Positions 17,430-26,357 of a stretch of DNA of 60,181 nucleotides are shown piece after piece. The notes below the pieces were generated by a model. The model did no database searches, was not told the DNA's origin, and was given only the letters and a program-made list of their open reading frames with translations. The stretch comes from Clostridia bacterium (GTDB lineage Bacteria > Bacillota > Clostridia > Oscillospirales > CAG-272). The translations under genes and the position numbers were made by a program. The stretch covers positions 1-60,181 of the forward strand of contig JAFYHA010000091.1 of assembly GCA_017539425.1 (NCBI GenBank), written 5' to 3'. The first letter of the stretch is position 1. Each line of letters starts with the position of its first letter.

Positions 17430-18530
17430 CTATTTCATCTGGGTCAGATGGAAATGGCAGATGTCCCTGGACAGTTTGTACAGGGTAGCCAGTTCGTCCG
17501 TTCTGCGCTCGCAGAGAGCCTTCATCTCCTTGATCTGCTTGGGCGTGAACTCTTTCTTTTCCTCTGCGGTCAGGGTCCCGCGGTACATTCTCTGCGTGGC
17601 CAGTGCAAAATGGATCTCGACAGGCTGGATGCGTCCGTCCCGTTCCACGATGACGACGCTGTTCTCGCCTTCCAGAAGCAGTTCCACGGCCTTTGCGCCC
17701 ATTTCGGACGCGGTCACGTTCTCGCGGACCGTAGGCAGACCGCCGCGGACCACATGCGAGAACTTTTCGAACGTGGCGTCGATATTCGTCTCGGCCTTGA
17801 AGCGTCTGGCCAGGCTTTCGGACAGTTTGGTACCGTCCTCTTTTTTGCAGCCCTCGCAGATCACGGCCAGCATTCCGCGTTTTCCGGTCGACCGGATCTC
17901 CAGGGCCTTGCGGATGATCTCATCCTCGTCAAAGGGGAACTCGGGGATCGCCAGGATGGCAGCGCCGCTGGCGATGGCCGCATGCAGGGTCAGCATACCG
18001 CACCGGCGGCCCATCGTTTCCACAACGCTTAACCGCGAGTGCGTCTCGCAGGTGCTGCGCAGACAGTTGAGGTTGTTGACCGTAGTATTCAGTGCGGAAT
18101 CAAATCCGACGGTATAATCGCTGACTACGATATCGTTGTCGATCGTTCCCGGAATGCCGACCGCGAGGATCCCGTGCTTGGCCAGGTCTTCCGCTCCGGC
18201 AAAGGTTCCGTCGCCCCCGATGGCCACTACGGCATCGATCCCGGCCTTCTCACAGTTGACCAGGGCCTTTTCCATACCCTCCGGGGTCTTGAATTCCAGA
18301 CAGCGGCTGGAATACAGGAACGATCCGCTGACGTTGATCTTATTGGTCACCGCGCTGCTGGACAGTTCGACAAAGTTGCCGTCCAGAAGGCCTTTATAGC
18401 CTTCGTAGATGCCCATGGCATGGACACCCTCGTTGGCCGCTTTGCGGACGACGGCCCGGATGGCCGCATTCATTCCGGGGGAATCGCCCCCGGATGTCAG
18501 AATTCCGATTTTTCGAATCTTGGGTTGCAT
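17430..18530 (-). CDS. pfkA: ATP-dependent 6-phosphofructokinase
   Basis: KIGILTSGGDSPGMNAAIRAVVR ... IGGDGT ... GIPGTIDND ... ETMGR motifs. 366 aa. Confidence 0.92.
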   Translation of the reverse strand: MQPKIRKIGILTSGGDSPGMNAAIRAVVRKAANEGVHAMGIYEGYKGLLDGNFVELSSSAVTNKINVSGSFLYSSRCLEFKTPEGMEKALVNCEKAGIDAVVAIGGDGTFAGAEDLAKHGILAVGIPGTIDNDIVVSDYTVGFDSALNTTVNNLNCLRSTCETHSRLSVVETMGRRCGMLTLHAAIASGAAILAIPEFPFDEDEIIRKALEIRSTGKRGMLAVICEGCKKEDGTKLSESLARRFKAETNIDATFEKFSHVVRGGLPTVRENVTASEMGAKAVELLLEGENSVVIVERDGRIQPVEIHFALATQRMYRGTLTAEEKKEFTPKQIKEMKALCERRTDELATLYKLSRDICHFHLTQMK

Positions 18531-18594
18531 TTCTTTTCTATACCTTCTTTGTAATACTTGACATTATGAGCGCTTGTGAAAAGCGTATTCCGGC

Positions 18595-19089
18595 CTAGTT
18601 TTCTTCGCCGGTGATCTCACGGTACAGCCTCAGCATGGCCCTGGTTGCCGCATGCTCGCGGATTTCCTCCCGGGTCGCGTTTGCCGAATCGCTGAACCGG
18701 AAAGAGAAGGACCGGTAGGGCGTGGCAATGCCGATATAGACCGTTCCGACCGGGTTTCGGGCCGTTCCCCCGCCCGGACCCGCGTATCCCGTCGTGGACA
18801 TGGAAAAGTCCGTGCCCATCAGTTTCCGGACACCTATGGCCATCTGCTCCGCACATTCCGGACTGACCACCGTCTTTTCACGCACGGTATCCTTGGAAAC
18901 CTTGAGCAGCTTGATCTTCATGGCCGTCGCATAGGTTACGCAGGAGCCTACGAAAGCCGAAGAACTGCCGGGTACGTCGGTCAGGCGTTTGGCAATGAGC
19001 CCTCCGGTGCAGGATTCCGCGGTCGAGACCGTCATTCGCTGGGAGAGCAGCAGCTCGATAAGACGTTTTTCAATGCTTTCGTTGTCCAT
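18595..19089 (-). CDS. pncC: CinA C-terminal domain protein (nicotinamide-nucleotide amidohydrolase PncC-like)
   Basis: TVSTAESCTGGLIAKRLTDVPGSS ... TGYAGPGGG ... GTVYIG. 164 aa. GGAGG RBS. Confidence 0.75.
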   Translation of the reverse strand: MDNESIEKRLIELLLSQRMTVSTAESCTGGLIAKRLTDVPGSSSAFVGSCVTYATAMKIKLLKVSKDTVREKTVVSPECAEQMAIGVRKLMGTDFSMSTTGYAGPGGGTARNPVGTVYIGIATPYRSFSFRFSDSANATREEIREHAATRAMLRLYREITGEEN

Positions 19090-19116
19090 AACTGCCTCCG
19101 TCTGCGTTCGGGCATC

Positions 19117-19950
19117 CTATTTCTGCATCAGGTGCACATCCATCTGCGGGAACGGGATGGAGATCTTGTTGTCGACCAATGCCTTATGGCACTGCTCGAT
19201 CAGATCAAACTTGGTGGGCCAGAATTTTGTGCCCGTCGCCCAGGCGCGGGCCGTGATCTTGAGGCTGGAATCCTCCATAGCGGTCAGCCGGACGAAAGGC
19301 GGCTTTTCCGGGTCTTCCTTCAGCACGTCGGGGTGGGAGATCAGCACGTTCATGATCACGTCCTTGACATGTTCGGGATCCGAACCGTAAGCCACGGCGA
19401 GATCGACATCGATCCGGCGGAACTCTTCACGGGAGTAATTGGTCACGGCTCCGGAAGTCACCAGGCTGTTCGGAATGATGACGTGCTTGTTGTCCGGAGT
19501 GCGCAGAGTGGTCGCGCAGATCCCGACGTCGATGACCGTACCGTCGTTGCCCTGCACGGTGACGAAATCGCCCAGGGCGAACGGGTGCAGGATGATCAGC
19601 AGAAAGCCGCTGGCCACGTTGGACAGGGAACCCTGCAAAGCCAGTGCGATCGCTGCACCGGCAGCCGCCAGCACCGTGATGATGGAAGCCACTTCCACGC
19701 CCAGAGCGCAGATGATCGCCACGATCACGATACACCACAGGATCGCCTTGATCACGCTCCGCATAAAGTTGCGGACCGTGGGATCCAGTTTCTTTTTGCG
19801 TTTGGTCTTTTCACGGAAGATGACCCGTGTGACCAGTTGGATGATTAAAATGCCGATGACCAGAATGATCAGGGCCTTGACCAGTCTGCCGGCCAGATCG
19901 ACGCAACCGTTTACAAACGATTGCCAGACTTCTTCCCAGTTGATTTCCAT
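19117..19950 (-). CDS. Small-conductance mechanosensitive channel (MscS family)
   Basis: Three TM helices, then the beta domain GDFVTVQGNDGTVIDVGICATTLRTPDNKHVIIPNS. Start set to the ATG at 19950, after AGGAG. Confidence 0.85.
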   Translation of the reverse strand: MEINWEEVWQSFVNGCVDLAGRLVKALIILVIGILIIQLVTRVIFREKTKRKKKLDPTVRNFMRSVIKAILWCIVIVAIICALGVEVASIITVLAAAGAAIALALQGSLSNVASGFLLIILHPFALGDFVTVQGNDGTVIDVGICATTLRTPDNKHVIIPNSLVTSGAVTNYSREEFRRIDVDLAVAYGSDPEHVKDVIMNVLISHPDVLKEDPEKPPFVRLTAMEDSSLKITARAWATGTKFWPTKFDLIEQCHKALVDNKISIPFPQMDVHLMQK

Positions 19951-20139
19951 GTCTGAACTCCTAAAACAAAAATTCACTGTTATTTTAACATATAATTTGT
20001 TTTTTGTGGTGGATTATTCGCAAAAAAGCCGCCTGTTCCGGCAATCTTTTTTGACTTTGTGTGAGGCTTCATGTCTCCTTTACTTTTCGGTCCGGATTTG
20101 TTACAATAAGTGCACAAAACGTGGAAGGAGGGTGAAAGC

Positions 20140-21075
20140 GTGACCGGGGTAAACAATGTCTGCAATCAGTGTCCGCGACACTGCTGCGCGAATCGGGAAT
20201 CCAAGCCCGGGTACTGCCGCGTTCCGTCCGGATTCGCCGTATCCCGATGTGATCTTCATCCCTATGAGGAACCCTGCCTTTGCGGGAAATACGGGGCGGG
20301 AACCATCTTCTTCGCGGGATGCAATCTGCAGTGCGTATACTGCCAGAACCGCTCTGTGAGCCATGCAGATGAATATGTATTTGTCTCAGATGATACACTA
20401 ATTCGGATGATACTGGATCTCCAGGAATCCGGAGCCGGCTCATTGGATCTGGTCACTCCGACCCATTACACTGCGCGTCTCTCAACTGTTTTGCGCAAGG
20501 TCAGGCCCAAACTCAAAATCCCGGTGGTCTGGAATTCAGGGGGATACGAAACCGTAGATTCGCTCCGCCGCCTGGAAGGTCTGGTCGACATCTGGATGCC
20601 GGATATGAAGTATTTTGATCCAGCTCTTTCCGCCCGTTTCTCGGATGCGCCGGACTATTTTGAGGTCGCCTCGGCCGCCCTTGGCGAGATGATCAGACAG
20701 ACCGGCATTCCGGTCTTCGACGATTCCGGAAATCTGAAAAAGGGAGTTCTGGTCAGACATCTTGTCCTGCCGGGACACAGGGACGATTCCATCCGTCTTC
20801 TCGGGGCTCTGGACCGTCTGTTTCCGGACCATCCCTTCCTTCTGTCCCTGCTGAACCAGTATACACCCGAGTTTGCGCAGGACTCACCCTACCCGGAGCT
20901 GCACCGCCGCCTGACCTCCTTCGAATACGGGTCTGTACTTGATGTTGCGGACAGCCTGGGATTTGAGGGATACCGGCAGCAAAACGGCAGCGCGAGCGCC
21001 GCCTACACTCCGGACTTTACGAAATCCGTTACGGATCTGGTAGAAAGATATGGCTGCAAAACTCGGCAAAACTGA
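20140..21075 (+). CDS. Radical SAM protein, PflX-type (pyruvate formate-lyase activase homologue)
   Basis: CPRHCCANR ... PYEEPCL ... FFAGCNLQCVYCQN (CxxxCxxC). GTG start at 20140, 8 nt after GGAAGGAGGG. Confidence 0.75.
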   Translation: MTGVNNVCNQCPRHCCANRESKPGYCRVPSGFAVSRCDLHPYEEPCLCGKYGAGTIFFAGCNLQCVYCQNRSVSHADEYVFVSDDTLIRMILDLQESGAGSLDLVTPTHYTARLSTVLRKVRPKLKIPVVWNSGGYETVDSLRRLEGLVDIWMPDMKYFDPALSARFSDAPDYFEVASAALGEMIRQTGIPVFDDSGNLKKGVLVRHLVLPGHRDDSIRLLGALDRLFPDHPFLLSLLNQYTPEFAQDSPYPELHRRLTSFEYGSVLDVADSLGFEGYRQQNGSASAAYTPDFTKSVTDLVERYGCKTRQN

Positions 21076-22069
21076 ATTGAAATACGGACTGTTGCTTGGA
21101 CCTATGGCCGGCTTTACCGACCATGCCTTCCGCTCGGTCTGCCTCTCCTGCGGCGCAGAATACGTGTTCAGTGAAATGCTCTCCGCCAAGGCCCTTTGCT
21201 ATGAGCAGAAGGGGCGCTCCGGTAATACGGTGCGGACCGGGTCGCTGGCCCGTGTACGCCCGGACGACCTGCCCATCGGGATCCAGCTGTTCGGGTCAGA
21301 CCCGAAATTTCTTGCCGAGGCGGCACGACGGATCGAGAACGGGGATTACCGGGGTTGCCTGTCCGAAGTTCCTCCGACTTCGATCGATCTCAACATGGGC
21401 TGTCCGATGCCCAAGATCACGGGAAACGGGGAGGGAAGCGCTCTGCTGAAGAACCCGGATCTCTGCGCGGAGATCGTGTCCGCCGTCAAAAGTGCGGTCC
21501 GCATACCCGTATCGGCCAAGATCCGGATCGGATATGACAATGAAAACATCAACGCGGTCGAAGTCGCCCGAAAGCTGGAGCAGGCCGGCGTGGATTTCAT
21601 CACGGTCCACGGACGGACGCGGTCAGACCTGTACCGCCCAGGCATCCGTCCGGATGTGATCCGGGAGGTAAAATCCGCCGTATCCGTTCCGGTCATCGCC
21701 AACGGGGATATATGGACTCCGGAGGATGCTGTCCGTCTGCTGGCGCAAACCGGTGCGGACGGGATCATGGTCGCACGCGGCGCATTGGGTAATTCATGGC
21801 TGTTTGAAGCGATCCGCTGCAGGATCGACGGACAGTCCTTCGATGATCCGAATCCGCCCGAACGCATCCGAATGGCCATGCGTCAGCTGGAGATCATGAC
21901 CGAAGACTGTGGGGAAGCTCTGGCTGTCCCCGAGGCGCGCAAACATCTGGCCTACTATACAAAAGGAATGAAGGGCTCCGCCCAGACGCGGGCCTCACTG
22001 ATGACGGCAACCGGTCTGCCCGAGATCCGGGCACTTCTGGACCGCCTGCTGCAAGAGAACGGAGGATGA
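21050..22069 (+). CDS. dusB: tRNA-dihydrouridine synthase
   Basis: LGPMAGFTDHAFR ... DLNMGCPMPKI ... ITVHGRT motifs. The start is uncertain because the ORF overlaps the upstream gene by 26 nt. Confidence 0.85.
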   Translation: MAAKLGKTELKYGLLLGPMAGFTDHAFRSVCLSCGAEYVFSEMLSAKALCYEQKGRSGNTVRTGSLARVRPDDLPIGIQLFGSDPKFLAEAARRIENGDYRGCLSEVPPTSIDLNMGCPMPKITGNGEGSALLKNPDLCAEIVSAVKSAVRIPVSAKIRIGYDNENINAVEVARKLEQAGVDFITVHGRTRSDLYRPGIRPDVIREVKSAVSVPVIANGDIWTPEDAVRLLAQTGADGIMVARGALGNSWLFEAIRCRIDGQSFDDPNPPERIRMAMRQLEIMTEDCGEALAVPEARKHLAYYTKGMKGSAQTRASLMTATGLPEIRALLDRLLQENGG

Positions 22070-22074
22070 CCGAA

Positions 22075-22710
22075 ATGCCGCTTTTTGACAAGTATGTCCT
22101 GGTCAGCCAGGATCAGGGCCTGTATGATCTTCTGTCCCCTCTGTTCGTCCACAGGGGAACTCCTCTGACTTGGCGCAAGACGTTCCGGCCCAGATATTCG
22201 GAAGGAACCGTGCTTCTTTTGGACAAGCGCATGCTGGGCTTTGAGGCATTTGCCGAGATTCATGTCTTTCTTCTGCTGAACGGCCGTACCGTATGGGAAA
22301 ACGAGAGGCTTCTGACCATTCCTCTGCCTTTTGACCTGGATACCGTTTATGACCGGATCCAGACCGCCCTGTCGGATCTTCAGATTCCAAAGCCGCCCTC
22401 ACTGAAGGAAGAAGAGTCTTCCGTCTCTTTTTTTCGGACGAACCGGACGCTCAACTACGGAAACGAATCCCTCTTCCTGACCCGGGCCGAAAGTATGCTG
22501 ATTGAAATCCTGGATCAGGCCGAAGGCCGTTTCGTATCCGTTACGGAACTGGCCGGGGTTCTCCGTTCCGACAAGCCCAATACCGTCTCCGCACACCTTT
22601 CCCACATACGCAGGAAAAGCGAGATGATATTCGGCTTTTCCGTGATCCGGTCCGGACGGAACGCCGGATATGCCTTGCGGAGATCGCGATTCGACAAAAG
22701 TCTAAAGTAA
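22075..22710 (+). CDS. OmpR/PhoB-type winged-helix DNA-binding protein with degenerate receiver-like N-domain
   Basis: C-terminal LTRAESMLIEIL...VSVTELAGVL......VSAHLSHIRRK...IRSGRNAGYAL (trans_reg_C pattern). ATG at 22075, 9 nt after GGAGG. No partner histidine kinase nearby. Confidence 0.6.
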   Translation: MPLFDKYVLVSQDQGLYDLLSPLFVHRGTPLTWRKTFRPRYSEGTVLLLDKRMLGFEAFAEIHVFLLLNGRTVWENERLLTIPLPFDLDTVYDRIQTALSDLQIPKPPSLKEEESSVSFFRTNRTLNYGNESLFLTRAESMLIEILDQAEGRFVSVTELAGVLRSDKPNTVSAHLSHIRRKSEMIFGFSVIRSGRNAGYALRRSRFDKSLK

Positions 22711-22720
22711 GACAGAGCAA

Positions 22721-22751
22721 GGCGCGGAGCCCCGTTTGGGGACTCCGCGCC
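22721..22751. terminator. Bidirectional hairpin
   Basis: GGCGCGGAGCCCC gttt GGGGACTCCGCGCC between convergent genes. Confidence 0.8.
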
Positions 22752-22816
22752 GCTCTTTTACGGATTATGGGAGCAATCTCCCGTCAGAGAAAAGAATCCG
22801 AATTCCGCCGGAAGGA

Positions 22817-23626
22817 TCATTCCTGTTCCTTGACGGTCTCTTCTTCTTTCTCTTCCTTGACTTCCTCTTCCTTCGGTTCCTCAGCCTTGGGCTCAGCAGC
22901 CGGCTTGGATTCGGACTTCTGGATTGCAACCGCGCCATCCTTGTTTACGATACCGTAAAGGATCGCAGCCAGAGCACCGCCGGCAAGAGGCGCCAGCAGC
23001 CAGATCCAGATCTGGGAGAATGAAGTCCAGTTGCCGCCGAATCCCTGCAGCAGGGACGGGCCGAACGATCTGGCCGGGTTCACGGACGTACCGGTGAGAC
23101 CCATGCCCAGCAGGTGGACCACAGTCAGAGCCAGACCGATGAACAGGACAGGGTATTTGCCCTCGTAATGTCTGGAATCGGTAACCGTCAGGATGACATA
23201 CACGAACACGCAGGTCAGTACGACTTCGACCAGGAATGCGCCGATGTAGCTCCAGGCATTCAGGTCGCCCTGTGCATTCATCAGTGCGCCGGAAATCTCG
23301 TTGCCTCCCAGCAGTCTGAACTGTCCGCGGATCACGAACAGGCCCAGCAGTGCAGTACCGACGATGCCGCCCAGGAACTGTCCGCAGATATAGCCTACGA
23401 AATCAGCGACGGACATCTTGCCGCGGATGAGCATGGCCAGAGAGACAGCCGGGTTGATGTGGCATCCGGATTCCTTGCATACGGTAAGAGCCACCAGGAT
23501 CAGGACCACGCCGAAGGCCAGGGCTGTTGCCAGATACTCACCGGACAGGACGGCCGTACCGCAGGCGAACAGCACAAGACAGCAGGTGCCGATCGCTTCC
23601 GCGATGTAGTTTTTCACTTTTTCCAT
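22817..23626 (-). CDS. MIP-family channel (aquaporin/glycerol facilitator) with Glu/Lys-rich C-terminal tail
   Basis: Two NPA boxes (HINPAVS, SVNPARS) and six TM helices. Start at the ATG at 23626, after GGAGG. Confidence 0.9.
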   Translation of the reverse strand: MEKVKNYIAEAIGTCCLVLFACGTAVLSGEYLATALAFGVVLILVALTVCKESGCHINPAVSLAMLIRGKMSVADFVGYICGQFLGGIVGTALLGLFVIRGQFRLLGGNEISGALMNAQGDLNAWSYIGAFLVEVVLTCVFVYVILTVTDSRHYEGKYPVLFIGLALTVVHLLGMGLTGTSVNPARSFGPSLLQGFGGNWTSFSQIWIWLLAPLAGGALAAILYGIVNKDGAVAIQKSESKPAAEPKAEEPKEEEVKEEKEEETVKEQE

Positions 23627-23672
23627 GAAAAAAACCTCCATTTGTTATATGATTTTCAGGAAATGCAAGTAA

Positions 23673-26219
23673 TCATTTGCTGAAGGAGAACAGTTCCTCC
23701 AGTTTGCCGCCGCTGTGGAACAGGTCCAGGGCAGGCTGGCGGGGCAGGAGCTGCGGCGGCTCTCCGTTCCGTCCGGGCCTGGAATAGCGGCGGACGGTCA
23801 TATTGGAGACCAGACGGCAGGATCCCCGGTTGACTTCCACGTTGTTCGTATTCTGGTAGAAGTACGTACCGGCAAACGTGGCCTCGCCACCGTTGACGGT
23901 AATGGCCACGGTACCCGGGCTGACGATATTGGTCAGTTGGAATTCCAGCCGGCCCCCGTTGATGACGACCGAGCGGTGAGGTGCCCCCCACATCAGCGTA
24001 TTGAATACCGCGACTTCGCCTTTGGCGTTTTCCTCGGACTGGAAGTAGACCCTGTCTCTGGGCGCCTCGATGGTCACCAGTTCGGTATTGACCAGGTCCA
24101 GTTTGTCGCATCCGGCCACGCAGAGTCCGTTCTGTCCGCCGTCCGTGCCGTGTCCGATGAACGTCCCGCTCGTGCCTTTTCCGTTCTGCAGTACGAAGTA
24201 CAGTCCGTGGTTGGCCGCGAACACGAACGTGCCGAGCAGATGCTCGCAGGCGTTGTGTCCGAACTTCAGCGCTTCCAGATACCGGATCTGGTTGTGCCAG
24301 AACTCATGCCAGTTCTTCGGCTTGTTGGGCAGATCGGTGCGGAAGAAGTAGTGCGGGTTGAACTGGATGTTTTCCACCCAGCCCTCTCCGGAGTTGTGCC
24401 CGCAGTAGATCCCGCAGCGGATCGGGGCACCGGAGATATAGGAAATGTAATGGTTTTCAGAAGGATAGGAGGCAAAATCCGCTCCCAGCCACGGATTGAC
24501 GAACACCGTGTTGACCGCGTAGCAGCCCGGTCCCTTGGACCTAAACGCCCACGGGTACTTATGGGGCGTGACGGCATCCTGCTCGGGATGGTAGATGGTC
24601 AGCCCGAAAATTCCGGCATTGGGGGCGGCCGTAATGAACGGGTCGCCGTCTTCGTTGTCCTTGTTGGCGTAGGTCATCAGCACAGATCCTCCGCCCAGCG
24701 TATGGCAGGGAACCTGGAACACGCCGCGAAGCTGCACTCCGGTCGGGATCCGAATGGTCCCGTCCAGACGGTACAGACCGGCCGGAACATAGACGATGCC
24801 GCCGGTCTTTCTCGCATCGCTCAGCGCGGACCTGAAGGATGCCGTGCAGTCGGCTTTTCCGTCTCCTACGGCGCCGTAGTCGGTGACCAGATAGAGGATG
24901 TCGGAATCCGGATAGGGACGTCCCGGATAGGGCTTGTGTCCGCCGCGGGGAGGTGCCTTGAGTCCGAGATCCGCATCCGAGAGCTGGACGCTCTCGCGGG
25001 CCTCTTCGGGGATCCGTATCACGGGCTTTCCCGTAAAGCGGTTGCCGGTGATCTGCGCGCCTCCGATGGTCGAGGAGAACTCGAAATGGGCGCCCTTGGC
25101 CGGTGCTTTGCCGAACCGGCACTGCAGCATAGTCAGACCGCCTTGGGACTGGCAGACCGCGGTCTCCGCCCAGTTTTCGAAAGAACAGTTGGAAAAGGAC
25201 AGTTGTCCTTTCCCGGTATGCCGGACATGATTGCGGTAGGGACCGCGGAAATCCGTCCCGGAGATCTGCATGACGGTCGTAAAGCGCTCGTCGGACTCGA
25301 TCGCGGCCTCGAGGCCGGGAATGTCGCACTCGATCGTGCTGTCCGAAAGGGCCACGCCGTACGGGTTGACCTCGATCAGCTTGAAGCCGATATCGCAGTT
25401 GTACAGATTGAGCTGGGACAGCTGGGTATTGGGAGCGCTGTCGGTCAGGGTCGTGATCAGGAATCCGACCTTGCAGTACCGGACGTGGATCCCGTACCCG
25501 TATTCCCAGTCGGATCTGGCCATAAAGACGCCGGTCACTTCGGACAGCATATAGCGGCGGAGGGATTCCAGATCCGTGCCCTCCACGAAGGAGGCATAGT
25601 ACTCCGGACCGATATGGAACATATACATTCTGCCTATGTCGGTCGTTCGGTCCATGAACAGACCTTCGTGCATAGGTGTCATATAGACATTATGGAGATA
25701 ATGGAGCTCATTGGCATCCGGACCGCACTGCATGCCGCGCCAGGGATTGATCATGGTCACGTTTTCCAGCGTGACGCTGTCCACCCCGTCCTGACGGACG
25801 CAGGGCGAATAGGGAACCGGCTTTTCAAAGGACTGGTCGGGATAATAGAAGGTCACGCACTGGATACCTGTGCAGGCGCGCATACGGATCTGCGGGACGC
25901 CGTCCGGATCCTCACGGCCCACAAAACATTCCAGGACGGTTCCGACTGAAGGATCCGCCGGGCGGACATCCGGACTGACCCACTCGCCCCTGAGGGTGAC
26001 GGCCGTTTTCAGGTCGATCGGCGTACGGAGCCTGTAATGCCCCTCGGGCAGATAGACCACACCTCCGCCGATCCCGGCCACCGCATCGATCGCAGCCTGC
26101 AATACGGGCGAAGCGTCATCCAGTTCGCAAACGGCTTTACCGAATTCGGTGATTTCCGCGGCTACAACGACCGAGTCGCCTACCGGATACTTTTGCTTGA
26201 GGATATACGGTCTTTGCAT
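23673..26219 (-). CDS. Tandem beta-helix glycoside hydrolase-like protein (two pectate-lyase-3/GH55-like caps), no signal peptide
   Basis: 848 aa. Cap motif occurs twice: LQAAIDAVAGIGGGVVYLPEGHYRL near residue 40 and DYGAVGDGKADCTASFRSALSDARKTGGIVYVPAGLYRL near residue 455. GGGAGG RBS. Confidence 0.6.
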   Translation of the reverse strand: MQRPYILKQKYPVGDSVVVAAEITEFGKAVCELDDASPVLQAAIDAVAGIGGGVVYLPEGHYRLRTPIDLKTAVTLRGEWVSPDVRPADPSVGTVLECFVGREDPDGVPQIRMRACTGIQCVTFYYPDQSFEKPVPYSPCVRQDGVDSVTLENVTMINPWRGMQCGPDANELHYLHNVYMTPMHEGLFMDRTTDIGRMYMFHIGPEYYASFVEGTDLESLRRYMLSEVTGVFMARSDWEYGYGIHVRYCKVGFLITTLTDSAPNTQLSQLNLYNCDIGFKLIEVNPYGVALSDSTIECDIPGLEAAIESDERFTTVMQISGTDFRGPYRNHVRHTGKGQLSFSNCSFENWAETAVCQSQGGLTMLQCRFGKAPAKGAHFEFSSTIGGAQITGNRFTGKPVIRIPEEARESVQLSDADLGLKAPPRGGHKPYPGRPYPDSDILYLVTDYGAVGDGKADCTASFRSALSDARKTGGIVYVPAGLYRLDGTIRIPTGVQLRGVFQVPCHTLGGGSVLMTYANKDNEDGDPFITAAPNAGIFGLTIYHPEQDAVTPHKYPWAFRSKGPGCYAVNTVFVNPWLGADFASYPSENHYISYISGAPIRCGIYCGHNSGEGWVENIQFNPHYFFRTDLPNKPKNWHEFWHNQIRYLEALKFGHNACEHLLGTFVFAANHGLYFVLQNGKGTSGTFIGHGTDGGQNGLCVAGCDKLDLVNTELVTIEAPRDRVYFQSEENAKGEVAVFNTLMWGAPHRSVVINGGRLEFQLTNIVSPGTVAITVNGGEATFAGTYFYQNTNNVEVNRGSCRLVSNMTVRRYSRPGRNGEPPQLLPRQPALDLFHSGGKLEELFSFSK

Positions 26220-26250
26220 ATGAAAGCCTCCCGGTGATAGGTATATCTAG

Positions 26251-26279
26251 ATTATAACAAATTATGAATGCAAACTCAA
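26251..26279 (-). promoter_or_regulatory. Promoter for the tandem beta-helix gene
   Basis: Minus strand reads TTGAGT, 17-nt spacer, TATAAT. Confidence 0.65.
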
Positions 26280-26288
26280 TAATTTCCC

Positions 26289-26338
26289 AAAAAAACATCC
26301 TGCCGGATCAAAGATACGGAAGAATCCGCCCGGCAGGA
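26289..26338 (-). terminator. Intrinsic terminator of glyA
   Basis: Minus strand: TCCTGCCGG ... CCGGCAGGA stem followed by a run of 7 T. Confidence 0.75.
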
Positions 26339-26357
26339 CTGTTGTCAAATTGTTTGT

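Noticed and set aside
23715-25949. 744-aa ORF antisense to the tandem beta-helix gene. Similar long antisense ORFs occur at 6768-8225, 8574-9566, 12073-13041, 30884-32230, 32515-34290, 35539-36777, 45119-46372, 46661-48181 and 58024-59088.
   Set aside because: All lie opposite genes with clear family motifs (thrS, polA, prs, rpsF/ssb and others). They have low-complexity Arg/Gly/Asp/Val-rich translations and lack translation signals, so they are codon-bias artefacts.
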